From NCBI GenBank assembly GCA_051453625.1, contig JBOZIK010000001.1:25273867-25337367 (forward strand): a DNA stretch of 63,501 nt, read 5' to 3'. This stretch comes from Welwitschia mirabilis. Taxonomy: Eukaryota. A program made the position numbers and the translations under genes. Shown piece by piece: positions 1 to 12,450 of this stretch. The notes beneath the pieces were generated by a model. The model was not told the origin of the DNA. It saw only the letters and a list, made by a program, of their open reading frames with translations, and searched no databases. Each line of letters opens with the position of its first letter. The first letter of the stretch is position 1.

Positions 1-629
1 GAAAAATCGAAATGCAATGTTGTAGATGAGAAAACAAATGTTTCAATCTTTACTGTAAAATGAGTAGATAATATTTATAGAATAGATATCCATTTGATAA
101 ATCAGTTATTTCATGTCAACTATGACATACTAAAAGGAAATGTTAGTCTAAATCTTATTAAAACTGAATGTTTTCTGAAGAATTTTGATATAACATCCCA
201 TGTCTATAACTTAATTGTCAATCATAAAAATGAACTGAGGGTTCACTCACTGTCCTTTAGCTAATTGCAGGGTAGTTAACTAGATCTATATTTTGTTAAC
301 TAAATGTGGTAGGTCGACTGAACTAAAAGCCTAGTTGCTCGGACCCCTTCCAGTACTATATACCCGCACCTTGACAAGTTGACCGGAATCTCAAGCAGTC
401 GACTGGACCTGATGTATTACAGTGTGAAAGTACCATAAGTGGACTTGTTTTTTTTTTTTCATTTTTTCTTATTTCACATAGTCTATAAAAGAAAGAGGAC
501 CCTAAATCGATTTCATTGTGTTCTATCCCTCTCCATCTCTCAGATCTAGTGCTTTTTCTTTAAGATCCATAGCTTTAATCCTAGATCTAATGTTTTTGTC
601 TCAGTTTTTCCTACTTGCAAGTCCTTAAA

Positions 630-1642
630 AGGGCTGAAATCTCATCTAGCAGAAGAGCGAAGGAAGCCCATTTAAGAAATTCAACTATTTTCTACTAAGG
701 AATTTTAGAGGAGGATATTGACTAGTTCTCAGAGAAGTTTGAGAAGAAACTAGTGTGCCAACAACAGTCAGTAGTCACTTTAAAACTTAGAGAGCTTAAG
801 AAAGTTATTTAACTCCTGAGAAATTAGGATCTTGATCACTTTTTGAATGTTTTTGATTTTGCTTATCCTTTTCTTACTTGGATGTTTTACTATAATTCTT
901 CTTATGATCGTGACTCTAGAACCCTTGAAATCCTTGTTTTAGGGAAGCAGATAAGAGTAATAGCCAATCTTATTTTTGTGCTAACTAACCTTTTAAGGGG
1001 TAACTATAAAGAGCTTTGGATTCTTTGGAATACCATAGAAGGTAAGCCAGCTATTACCAAGGATATTTTTGGTAAGGTGCATTCTTAGAAGAACACTCTT
1101 TCTACTTCTTTATTGACCCTAAAATATCATTTTCTTTACTTGATTTTTACCTATAACTTCTTACCTTTAGCTGGAAGTTGTGATGAGCCCTCTTGTTATT
1201 GAGCCTATCTAATGTATTTGGTAGGAATTGAGCATTCTATTGATGCTCCTATCATAACGCTAAAGAATATGATCTCATTGCTGGAGTATCATAGAACTAG
1301 GGATTTACCCTACTTTGTGCTTATCACAAGTATTTGCCATCACTTTCATGTTACCTTTCATCCAAAACTAGAAATCCTCCAGACTATACCACCCATTGGG
1401 CATGTAACCTTATCCTGCATGCACATATTTACCCCTTCTTAGAAATCTTTAAAGTCTCCTTCTCCAAAGGAACCCTCTCCTGATGAGACCCTTTCATATC
1501 TGAGACGAATTGACTTTTGTAGCAGACACATGAAGGAATCACTTATAGCAGCTAGTTATGATATTGCTGATACCTCAGCAGAGGCTACTAGCTCAGCTCA
1601 TACATAGATGATGAAGAAGAGTCAAAGGAAGACTCTAAAGAA

Positions 1643-1678
<36 letters not shown>

Positions 1679-1711
1679 GAAGAAGAAGAAGAAGAAGAAG
1701 AGTCTGATTAG
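630..1711 (+). pseudogene. env: Degenerate env-like (extra) ORF of copy A1
   Basis: ORF fragments 843-1088 and 1212-1442 are in the same frame and match A2 fragments (YLMYLVGxEHSIDA, RTRxLPY, SxCHHFH). Start ATG is AGG here, with multiple stops. The env-like label rests on position between pol and PPT. Confidence 0.7.
1646..1699 (+). repeat. Compound microsatellite (TAA)11(GAA)7
   Basis: Read directly from sequence. Confidence 0.95.
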
Positions 1712-1869
1712 AAATTTNNNNNNNNNNNNNNNNNNNNNNNNNNNNNNNNNNNNNNNNNNNNNNNNNNNNNNNNNNNNNNNNNNNNNNNNNNNNNNNNNNN
1801 NNNNNNNNNNNNNNNNNATATGTTGAGTCTTTTTTAGATTTTAATAAATCTTGACCTTAGAATCCTAAA

Positions 1870-3870
1870 ATGAGTAATCCATTTAATCGTTTTTCCAGTA
1901 GTCATCTACCTATGTTTGATGAGTCAAACTATGCTTACTGGAAAGCTAGGATGAAAATATTTCTTAGATCTTTAGATGCTAATATAAAAGTCATCTACAA
2001 AGGTTACACTATGCTTATGTTAACCTAAACTGATGTTAATGGTAACACTATCCTAGTTCCCAAATCCCAAGACTAATGGACCTTTATTGATAAGTAAAAA
2101 GCCATGACAAATGCTCATGCCCTTAATGCCATATTTTGTGCAGTCTGTGCAGATGAGTTTAAGCACATAGTAAATTGTAATTATGCTAAGAAAGCTTGGG
2201 ACATTCTTGAAGTAGCATATGAAGGAATTTCAATTATAAAGCAAGCAAAACTTTAGATGCTTATTTTAAAATTTGAAGATATCCATATAGATAAAGAAGA
2301 GACCTTGCAGGAATTCTTTGCTAGACTCACTGATATTGTAAACTCTATGGCAAGCCTTAGAGAATGCTTGAATAAAGGAAAGCTGATAAGGAAAGTCTTG
2401 AGATTCCTCCCTAAGAGATTCTAATTAAAGATCACAGCCATTAAGGAGAGCAAAAACATAAATGCAATGGCATTGAAAGAACTACAAGTTAATTTGCAAG
2501 CCTATGACCTTAAATTTGTTAAGGATAAGAAGAAAGGTATTGCTTTAAAATGTGTTCAAGAAGAATATATATCTGAAAGATCAGATAAGAACTTGAATGA
2601 TAACGATGTGACTCTTCTAATCAGAAGGTTTACAAAATTTCTTCATAGAAAGAAAAAGGAAGGAAAATCAAGTTAAAATACAAGAAGAAGTCATCTAAAA
2701 CATAAAAAGGAGCAAGAAAAGGATAAAGAGATCCAATGCTACTTATGCAAAGTATTTGGTCATATGAAAAATGAGTGCCCCAACACAAGGAAAGATAACA
2801 GGAAATCAAAGAATCCATCTTTTATTACCATATGCAATAATAAAGAAGATGATGATGATGATGAAAGCTACTCACATCAAGAATTAGATAAAGATAGAAG
2901 GTTTTCTTTCATGGCTTTTGTGCCCTCACTCAAAAATGTTCCTAGCATGTTAGAGTCTATTGATTTGAACATGATCAATGAAGAAGCGGATGAGTTAGAA
3001 TATAAATTTCAAGAGTTGTATGATGAATGTGAAAATATAGCTAAGAGGATAAATGATTTAAACAGAGTAGTGAAGACTATCACCAAAAAAAAGGAGTAAT
3101 TGGAAGAAAAATATAATGTGCTAGAATCTGATAAAACCAGCCTAATTTATTAAGTAAAAGATCTTTATTTTTTTGTAAATAAATTCTTTAGTAGTTCTTC
3201 TAAATTAGGACAAATGCTTAGAGTGCAAAAACCTATTAGAGATAGATTAGGTATTGGTTTTAGTTCACAAAAATCATAAGAACCGGTAAACTGGAAGAGT
3301 AATTATGCTTCTAAACTTTCATATAATTTTTGTAGTAAATTTAATCGTTTAAAGTTATTTTTCAAAAATAGACAATTAATGATTTTTTTAAAAATTGTAA
3401 ATACTTTACCTTTTAAATTTAATCCTAAGAGAAGTCTAACACCTAAGTCTAATAAGACTAAGTCAGTTAGAGCTAACAATCTCTAAAGTTTTCTAATACA
3501 AATAGCTCTTAGAGGACCGAGTACAAACCATTGATATCTAGACAGTGGATGCTCAAGGCATATGTCTAAAGAAAGATCAAGCTTTCAGTACCTAATAAGT
3601 TTAAATAGAGGAGAAGTCATTTTTGGAAACAAAAAAAAAAAAAAAAGATAAAGATAGAAGGTACAGGTTGCATCAAGGGAGGTACATTATCTAAACTTGA
3701 TGATGTACTTTATGTAAATGGGTTGAAGCATAATTTATTAAGTGTTAGTCAATTATATGACAAAGGTTACAAAGTAATCTTTAAAAAATCGAAATTCAAA
3801 GTTGTCAATAAGAAAATAAATATTTCTATCTTTACTATAAAATGAGTACATCATATTTATAAAATAGATA
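1870..3870 (+). pseudogene. gag: Degenerate copia gag-protease
   Basis: MSNPFNRFSSSHLPMFDESNYAYWKARMKIFLRSLD at the start; zinc knuckle IQCYLCKVFGHMKNECP (~2730-2780); protease (W>*)YLDSGCSRHM (~3532-3565); LYVNGLKHNLLSVSQL (~3708-3756). Confidence 0.9.
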
Positions 3871-4435
3871 CCCATTTGATTCATTAGTTAATTTATATAA
3901 ACTATGACATACTTAATTCATATAAACTATGACATACTAAGAGGAAACAGTAGCATAAATCTTTCTAAAACTAAATGTTTTCTAGAGAATTATAATGTAA
4001 CACCTCATGTCTATAATTTAATTATGAATCATAAAATGAACTAGGGGTTCAGTCACAGTCATTTGGCTAATTATAGAGTGGTTGACCAGGTCTATTATTC
4101 AATTGATCAGATGTGGTCAGTTGACTAGACTAAAAGCTTAGTAACCTAGACTCTTCCTAGTACTTTAGATTCGTGTCTCAACAAATCGACCAGAATATCG
4201 AGTGGTCAACCAGACCTGATGGATCACAGTGCGAAAGTACCATCGGTTAACCCAATTTCTTTATTCATTTCATTTTATTTCACATGATTTATAAAAGATA
4301 GAGGACTCTGAATTAATTTATTTGTGTTTTATCCTTTTACATCTTTCATATCTAGATATCTTGCTTCAAGATCTAGAGCTTTGCTCTTAGATCTAGTATT
4401 TTTCTCTCAGTTTTATTACTTGAAAAGTCCTTAAA

Positions 4436-5476
4436 ATGCCTAAAAGCTCATCTAAAAGAAGATTAAAGGAAGCTTCTTTAAGGAATCCAGCTATTATCTA
4501 CTAGCGGGCGTCTGAGGTAGACATTAACAAGTTCTTAGAAAAGTTTGAGAAGAAACCAGTGTGCCAAGAGTGGTCAATAGTTACTTCAGAGCTTAGAGAG
4601 CTCAGGGAAGTTATTCAACTCATAAAAAATTAGGATCTTTATTTCTTTTTAAATGTTTTTGGCTTTGCTTATTCATTTCTCACTTAGATGTTTTACTATA
4701 ATACTTCTTATGATCGTGATTATAGAACCCTTAAAACCCTTATTTTGGGGAAGTGGCTGAGAGTAATAGCCAATCTTATTTCTAAGCTGACTAATCTTTT
4801 AAGGGTTAACTATGAAGAGTTTTTGTCTCTTCGAGATACTATGTAATACAAGCCTATTGTTACTAGAGAGATTTGTGATAAGGTGCATTCTTAGAAGCAT
4901 ACCATTTCTACTTCATTATTAACACCAAAATATCATTTTATCCACTTGATTTTTACTTATAACTTCTTACCTTTAGTTGGTAATTGTGATGAGGCCTTCT
5001 ACTATAGAGACTATCTTATGTATTTGGTAGGGACAGAGCATTCTATTGATGCTTCTGCCATAATACTAAAGAATATGGTGTTACAGCTAGATTACTATAG
5101 AACTAGGGCTTTACCCTACTCTGTGCTTATCACAAGTTTATGCCATCATTTTCATATTATCTTTCATTCGAAACTAGAGACCCTCTAACCTATGGCATCC
5201 ATTAGGCATGCAACCTTATCCCGTATGCACATTTTTGCCCCATCTATGAAATCCTTGAAGTATTCCTTTACAAAGAAAGTCTCTCTTGATGAGACCCTTT
5301 CATATCTGAGATGGATTGATTTCCATACCAAACACATGAAGGAAGCACTCATAGCATCTGGTTATAATATTGCTAGCACCTTAGTAGAGGCCACTATCTT
5401 AACTTACATAGGAGATGATAAAAACGTTTCAGAGGAAGACTTTAAAGAAGAAGAGGAAGAGGAGGAGTCTGATTAA
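4436..5476 (+). pseudogene. env: Degenerate env-like ORF of A2 (347 codons incl. stop, acidic C-terminus EEEEEEESD)
   Basis: ATG 4436, ORF fragments 4946-5188 and 5192-5476, and the final stop are all in one frame; internal stop codons are present. Confidence 0.75.
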
Positions 5477-6076
5477 AAATTTCAGATTATGTTTTGCTTT
5501 ATTTTTATGTTCTTTCCTTTGTTATTGATGTCAAAAGGAGGAGATATAGTTTTTTGTTGTTGAATGTTTTTCATATGATTTTAGATGTATGCTCTTGATA
5601 AGCACTTTTAGTTTATAATGTCCACACGTTTACTTTGTAATGTTTGCTTATGTCTAATGAAATGCACTTATCTATCTTGCATAAAATCATGTTTTAATTG
5701 GTATCTCAAATCTATTTATACTTTTTTAAATCATATATGCTCAATATGTTTTTCTTTTGGTATCATATATACTTAACTTGAAAAGTTTGAAATCTTATAA
5801 TATTGGAAATAAACTATAATTTGTGACATCCGATTATAATGCTAAATAAGTTTACATGATCACATTATGCTTATCATAAAGTTATGCTCTTTAAACTTTT
5901 AAATGTGCATATTAAATTATTTCATTTAAAGCACAAAATTTGTTGTTCCAAATGCCTTAACTTTTTTTAGAAGGAATATTATTTTGAAAATGGACATTTT
6001 ATAAGGGGAGCTTTTCTAAAAAATTTTAATTTTTAGCAACGAGATATTATTTACCATCAACATCAAAGAGAGAGAT

Positions 6077-7680
6077 TATTAGATTATATTTTATTAATTG
6101 ATGTCAAACTAATGTTTTCTGTATAGAAAATTTTGTGTATCTTATGCAGAAGATGTTAAATTACTTGCAGGTTAAAAGATGGAATCGAAATCATCAACTT
6201 TTGAGTACTAAAAACCTGTCAGTTCTTTTACTCTCTTAAGGGATCGACCATATTTTCAAGGGGTCCACCATACCTAAAGCAAATAAAAAATGTACTGCAT
6301 CCAAAGGGGTCAACTACATTTTTGATGGGTTCATCCGAACCTATAACCTTGAGAATTAGTATTCTTAAACTAAATGAAAAGGAGTCGACCTAACCTTTAT
6401 GGGTTGGACCAGATTTGAGGGCCTGATAAGTAGTATTCCTGGACTAAATGGAAAGGGGTTAACTGGACCTCTAATGGGGTCGACTGAATCTATAAACTAA
6501 GGAACAGTACTTCTAAACTAATTATTAAGGTGTTGATCGAACCTATGATGGGGTCAACCGGACTTAAGCACTATGCAGCTGATACACTTGAGCTGATCAT
6601 CGTGGAATCAACCAGACACCTGAAGGGATCGACTGGACTCAAAGCTGCAAGCTAGAAAGAATTTTAACAGGAGGAGTAGGTAATCGGATAATGTCGCAGG
6701 TAACTGGAATGGGGTTGACCATACCCAGATGGAGTCAACCAGATAGGGAGCCATAAGAATTTGGGATGATTAAATTTCTCACTCAAGCAACCTGTGTAAG
6801 TCATAGCACCAAATGGGATCGACAAAACTTTTGAGGGGTTGACTAGATGAAATGAAAGAAAATTTTTCTAATTGTTATGTATTCATTATGTAGCCATTAT
6901 GTAGCCATTTTATAGCCATTTATAGTCATTGGAATTACATTTAAAATGTAATAAACCCTAAAAGCCTTTCAATATAAATACTTAAGAATATATGATTAAA
7001 AAATCTTTTGGAACTATCTTTATTTGGATGAATCTATTGGATCTAAAAGATTAAGCATTGTAATCTTGTAACTTTCTCTATTGTATCTTAGCACCTACAT
7101 TTCTGACTAAAGAAGATCTACCATTGGTATCATCTTTACATTCAAGATCAAATCAAAGGCTTTATTTATTCTACATCTAGAGGAGAAGAGCTCTATCAAA
7201 TCTAATAAATCAAGAATGAGTGATATCCATTTTCAAAAGGTATCATTACATTACTAACTTGTATTGTGAAAGGTTGAGACTAAGCCTTGAAAAGTATATT
7301 TAAAGGATGAGATAAAGCCTTGAAAAGTCTATTTAAAGGTTAAGACTAAGCATGAAAAAATCCATTTTTAAAGGTTACAGATGAACCTTGAATACCTGGT
7401 GGAGTAATAAAGATCTAAGATCTAGCTTGGGGATAAGCTGATCATTGAAAGTGGAGTAGAAGGTTTCTCGAACCATTATAAAGCTAGCTTGCATTCGATT
7501 GGTATTTTTGTGCTTTAAGTTATTGTTTCTCTACTTCTATTATTTTCTTATATCATGCATATTTTAGATTAGTTCATTATTATATGCAAGTTTTGTTTAA
7601 AATTGGATTCATTTAGAATATTGTGTTGGAATTTTTTAAAGAACCTATTGATCCCTCCCTCTAGGGTTCTCAATCCTATA
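6077..7680 (+). repeat. 3' LTR of A2 (~1.6 kb)
   Basis: Follows PPT catcaaagagagagat and starts TATTAG (decayed TGTTAG). Has about 15 GGGGTCGACCGGA-like motifs (6240-6850), a TATA box tataaata (~6974) and a C-rich U5 end. Confidence 0.8.
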
Positions 7681-8444
7681 AATTTATACCTACTAATTAA
7701 TAAGATATAATGTTTTTATCCTATGCTTATATTTTGGAAATTTAATTTTTGCTATAACAAAATATAATAAAGTTTTTACAACTACTTAAGTAATCATTCA
7801 GATAGCACGATGGCTACATAGTCAATTTGGGCATGGGGCGTGGGGTGGGGGGTGGGGGAGGGGAGTCAAAATAATGGATATACTAAATAATTAATCATAG
7901 AAAGATAAATCAATTATAAAAAAAAGAATCATTATAAAAAGAAAAACCAAATCAATTCAGAAAAACATTTACTGTGAGACATGAGATTTTCCATGAAAGA
8001 GTACTAGCTTAAAGAGAATTTTGAGGATCAAACTTTGCCCCTAATAAGGTAGTATTAATGTATAATAGATAAAAATAAACATAACACTATAAACATGGGT
8101 ACCCAAATCAACAACCCCCCCAACCCCCTGATCACTTGGCCGTAATCATTCATTAGTAATTTACCATCACCAAGCATAAGAGACCCCCTTATATATCACT
8201 ATAACGATTTAGTGGATGCCAATGGGGGAGAATAATGTTTTATAATAAAATTGCATTAAATCTATAAATAGTTATATAATGAAATATCACATCATTCCAG
8301 TAGAAAAAGGAAATCACATAAACAATAAGAGTAAGAAGCTTACTTTAAAAGATTAATGAGACCTTTTAAGAGTTCCTTAATTCTAAGATTATAAGCTTCC
8401 AAGCTTTAAGTGTCCAAGTTCGAAGCTCCAAAAGCAAGAGAATG

Positions 8445-8447
<3 letters not shown>

Positions 8448-8499
<52 letters not shown>

Positions 8500-8633
8500 N
8501 NNNNNNNNNNNNNNNNNNNNNNNNNNNNNNNNNNNNNNNNNNNNNNNNNNNNNNNNNNNNNNNNNNNNNNNNNNNNNNNNNNNNNNNNNNNNNNNNNNNA
8601 CACACACAGATATATATATATATAGAGAGAGAG
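8448..8633 (+). repeat. Compound microsatellite (AC)n-(AT)n-(AG)n spanning a gap
   Basis: Read directly from sequence. Confidence 0.95.
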
Positions 8634-8958
8634 ATAAAATGCACTTGTAAGAAACAAAAGAAAAGTATCTCTCTTTTTACAAGAGAGGAAACAATATCTA
8701 TATATAGATAAACAAAGGCACATAGCTCAAGAACATAAGATCACATGATTTAGTATTGATAAGTGGGATGAGTAATAAGTGATATTAAAGGACATAAAGA
8801 GATTATATTTATGACTCATCCATCTAACTAGGGTGAGTAATCTTCTTGCTTCAATTAGCAACTTTNNNNNNNNNNNNNNNNNNNNNNNNNNNNNNNNNNN
8901 NNNNNNNNNNNNNNNNNNNNNNNNNNNNNNNNNNNNNNNNNNNNNNNNNNNNNNNNNN

Positions 8959-9595
8959 NAAATGCATAAATCTCAAAATTGGCATGTGGCATAATGAGAC
9001 AAACTCTTCAATTCTAATGAACAAAGCAATAAGTATGCTATGAACAAAGTGTCATTACATATCTCAAGAATATAAAAGTTATGGTAAAGTAAATTTACTC
9101 ATTTATCTTTCTTGGTTCTAGGTAAGAGTGCATGTACTTGTTTAAATGGTCATTTATTTCATAATCTATAAAATATATCAATCAAATAACACAAAGAAGG
9201 AAAAATTTATTCTAATATAGTACACATATCACATTTACCAAGAATATAAATGAGTAGATAAGATTCAAAATATATTATTATGTTCTCTTGAAACTTCCAA
9301 TTTATTAGTTTTATCATGTGATTTTAATTCCTTACATAATGAAATTATATAATGTTTAGATAGATTTTCTTATAAAATCTTTTAACATACTTTTTATCGC
9401 TTTCATGATAAAGTATAAATATTACAAACTAAGGTTACTTTTAAAATGACATCTTATTTGATAAGGAACTTAAATAAGAATAATTATTCATTTGACGAAA
9501 AGCTTAATAAACTTATTATTTAAGTAAATAAGGCTTTAAAAATATAGGATATGACATTCTTCCCCACTTAGACTGATTTAATCCTTGGAATCAAG
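8959..9595 (-). mobile_element. Tekay/Del-like Ty3/gypsy LTR fragment with PPT (LTR starts at 9556 on minus strand)
   Basis: Minus strand reads ctaagtggggaagaa-TGTCA. 9140-9595 is homologous to 60318-60763. Left boundary not determined. Confidence 0.7.
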
Positions 9596-11369
9596 ATACT
9601 TAATATTCAAGTAAATAAGGATTACAAAATATAGGATATGATACTCTCTAATATCCAACTCAAAACATAGATTTTTATGAAGAAGGTAAAGCTTTTCCTA
9701 ATTTAAAATTTCAAGATAGTCCAAGTTATACTTTTGAAAAGATTTTTCGTTAAAGGTACTAAAAAAAGTTTACTTAGAAGGAGAGGAAAGGATGTTACTT
9801 TTGGTATTACATGAAAGTCCAATTGAAAGGGATGGAGAAACATGAGTAGACTCCTGAGGTTGATTTGTTATATTAGAAGGAATAAGTCTATCCTCTATTA
9901 GCTGAATATCCATGGGTCCTTTATTATTCTTATTCTCCTCACTACTATTTTCGTCATCACTTTGTTAAATTATTTGTTTACTTTCTTCATCATTATCTTG
10001 AACTCTATTTTCCTTCTATTGTTTAGTATTATTCTCATTTTCTAAGTTATTAGATTCATCAAAGACATCATAAAGAAAAATGTAATCATCATCTTATTTC
10101 TTATCCTTTTTTCTTCATCATGTTGTTGCATGTCATCTTTCTCTAAATTATTAGATTCATAAAAAATGTTATAAAGAGAAATGTGATCATTATCTTCATC
10201 ATAGTTTGAAACATTTTTTAGAGTCTTTATGAACTAATTCCTCTATTTCATCTATAGTTTTTAATAGTAAGTGGATGGGGATATAATATAGTATATCAAT
10301 ATTATCATCTGATAAATAATCATCCTCATCCTTATTATTTGATAGATGAGTTACAATCTCATTGTCATCATATGATATATCTTTTATTGATCATGAACCA
10401 TCTAAATGATCATTCTTAAAACTATGTTGTGTTGAAAGAAAACCTTAAGATAGTTGATTTTAAAGTACTTCTATAAGATTTGTAATGTTCATGTTGGATT
10501 CCTCAATTGAATCTCTAAGTGAATCATCTTTAGAAGATTTGTTGGATTAAAAGTTATTGGGTTGAAAATTATTGAACTAAAAGTTATTACTCCTATATCT
10601 ATTATTAAAAGAGGATCTAAAAACTGATTGTAATTTCATATTTAATTATTGATTACTTTTAGAGGTATTGGGTTTTTAATTAAATGCACAAGCTTCTTCA
10701 TGGAATATCTCCTTATATGTTGATAAAATAAGACAATCTGGTGTGATGAGAGTTGTCCTTACAAAATTCATAAGGAAAGTAAGGTGTTAATGGTTGAGAT
10801 TGTTTATTTAATGTTTTTATATAAACCAAGGTTTTTGTAAAATTTTATAATGCATTGGTAAGATTTTGAACTAAGTTACTAGGGCTAGATTGCTCTTCAT
10901 GTTGTACCTTCTTCATGTCTTTTAATATTTACCTTACTCTTATATTCTCTTCAGGGTGAAATTTCTAAAATGTTGAAAATTCTCATTGTTTTTCCTAAAT
11001 GAGGAATAAAAAGAAGAGGGAGAAAAATAAGGAGGTTGACAAGAAGAAGGGACTTAATTCTGAGTTCCAATGACATCATTTTACTAACCATCCTCTTTTT
11101 GCAAATATGTCTTGTAATTGTCTTCTATCATTATCCTTAGAATTTAAGTTTCTTCTCTTTTGGAATAATATTTCTCAAAGGGCCCTTTTATCACTCTCCA
11201 TAGAAATAGATGAAAAGGATGGAATAAGAAGAAGAAGAAGAATTACTAAAATCTCTTAACTCACAAGGAGTAGATGGTAATATTCTTGATTAAAATAGAT
11301 AAAAGGGGTAGGTCTCAAGTGATAGTTTTTGAGTTTATTTACAAAACTAATAATCATGTAGAAAAGAAA

Positions 11370-12450
11370 ACTTATAAAAATTAAAAAGTAAAAGTGAAAA
11401 TTAGAAATCTAATTGAAATCTAAACAACACTAATAGTAACACAAGAAGAAAAATTACAAAAAGTAAAAAATTATACAAATCTAAAAAATAGTAAAAATTA
11501 AAAACTTACAGAAATTAAAAAGTAAAACAGAAAATTAGAAAAATAATTAAAATCTAAACAACACTAAGAAAAAAAACTAACAGTAACATAGGAAAGAAAA
11601 ATTACACTAAGTAAAAAATTATAGAAATTTTAAAAATTTTAGAAATTGAGAACTTATAGAAATTAAGAAGTAAAAACGAAAATTAAAAAACTACTTGAAA
11701 TCTAAACAACACTAAGAAAATGAAACTAATACTAATCTAGAAAAGAAAAATTATAGAAAGTAGAAAATTATAAAAATTTGAAAAATTACAAAAATTAAAA
11801 CCTTATAAAAATTACAAAATGAAAGAAAAAGTCAAAAAACTTATTAAAATCTAAACAATACTATGAAAAAAAACTAGTGAAAGAAAAAAATCAGAAAACT
11901 TATTAAAATCTAAATAATACTATTAAAAAAACTAATAGTAATGTAGGTAAGAAGAATTATAGAAAGTTAAAAAAAAATACAGAAATCTAAAAAATTACAG
12001 AATATTAAAAGTAAAAGTGAAAATCAGAAAAATAATTGAAATCTAAACAACACTATGAAAACAAAACTAAGAGTAATATAGGAAACAAAAATTACAAAAA
12101 GTAAAAAATTATAGAAATATAAAAAATTATAGAAATTAAAAACTTACAATAATTAAAAAGTAAAAGAGAAAATAAGAAAACTATTTTAAATCTAAACAAC
12201 ATTAAGAAAAGAAAACTAATAGTAATGTAGAAAAGAAAAATTATAAAAAGTAAAAAGTTATAGAAATTAAAAACTTATAGAAATTAAAAAGTGAAAGCAA
12301 AAATAAAAAAACCAATTAAAATCTAAACAACACTTAAGAAAATAAAACTAACAGTCATGTAGGAAAGAAAAATTATAAAAAGTAAAAAATTACAAAAATT
12401 TCAAAAATTACAAAAAATTGAAAGAGTAATCTAAACTAAGAAAATAAAGA
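11370..12450. repeat. A-rich tandem array, ~130-150 bp unit, about 8 units
   Basis: Anchor aaatctaaacaacact recurs at ~11416, 11550, 11698, 11847, 11906, 12039, 12188 and 12319. Confidence 0.9.

Larger units (their letters stand above)
1..1717 (+). mobile_element. Partial Sirevirus-like Ty1/copia copy A1 (post-protease pol remnant, palindrome cluster, env-like ORF), truncated by window edge and gap
   Basis: Colinear homology with 3783-5482 of copy A2 (e.g. gaaaaatcgaaatgcaatgttg vs aaaaaatcgaaattcaaagttg; both end gagtctgatta). Confidence 0.85.
1818..7680 (+). mobile_element. Sirevirus-like Ty1/copia copy A2: gag, protease, env-like ORF, PPT, 3' LTR; INT/RT/most RNase H absent
   Basis: Copia gag and protease motifs, extra ORF, PPT-like purine tracts (5526-5545, ~6001-6011, 6065-6076), and a Sirevirus-like LTR end (ctattgatccctccctctaggg). 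Confidence 0.85.

Noticed and set aside
6240-6850. Regularly recurring palindromes resembling a CRISPR or operator array
   Set aside because: Short, irregularly spaced, and located inside a Sirevirus LTR where such motifs are expected.
7681-8846. Possible continuation of the Tekay LTR
   Set aside because: Could not align it convincingly with 62872-63501, and gaps intervene.
8366-9043. ORFs with CVCVCV/HTHTHT and X runs
   Set aside because: Translations of microsatellites and N gaps.
11370-12450. Possible CRISPR-like repeat/spacer array
   Set aside because: Sequences between anchors are themselves homologous low-complexity repeats; eukaryotic context; no cas genes.
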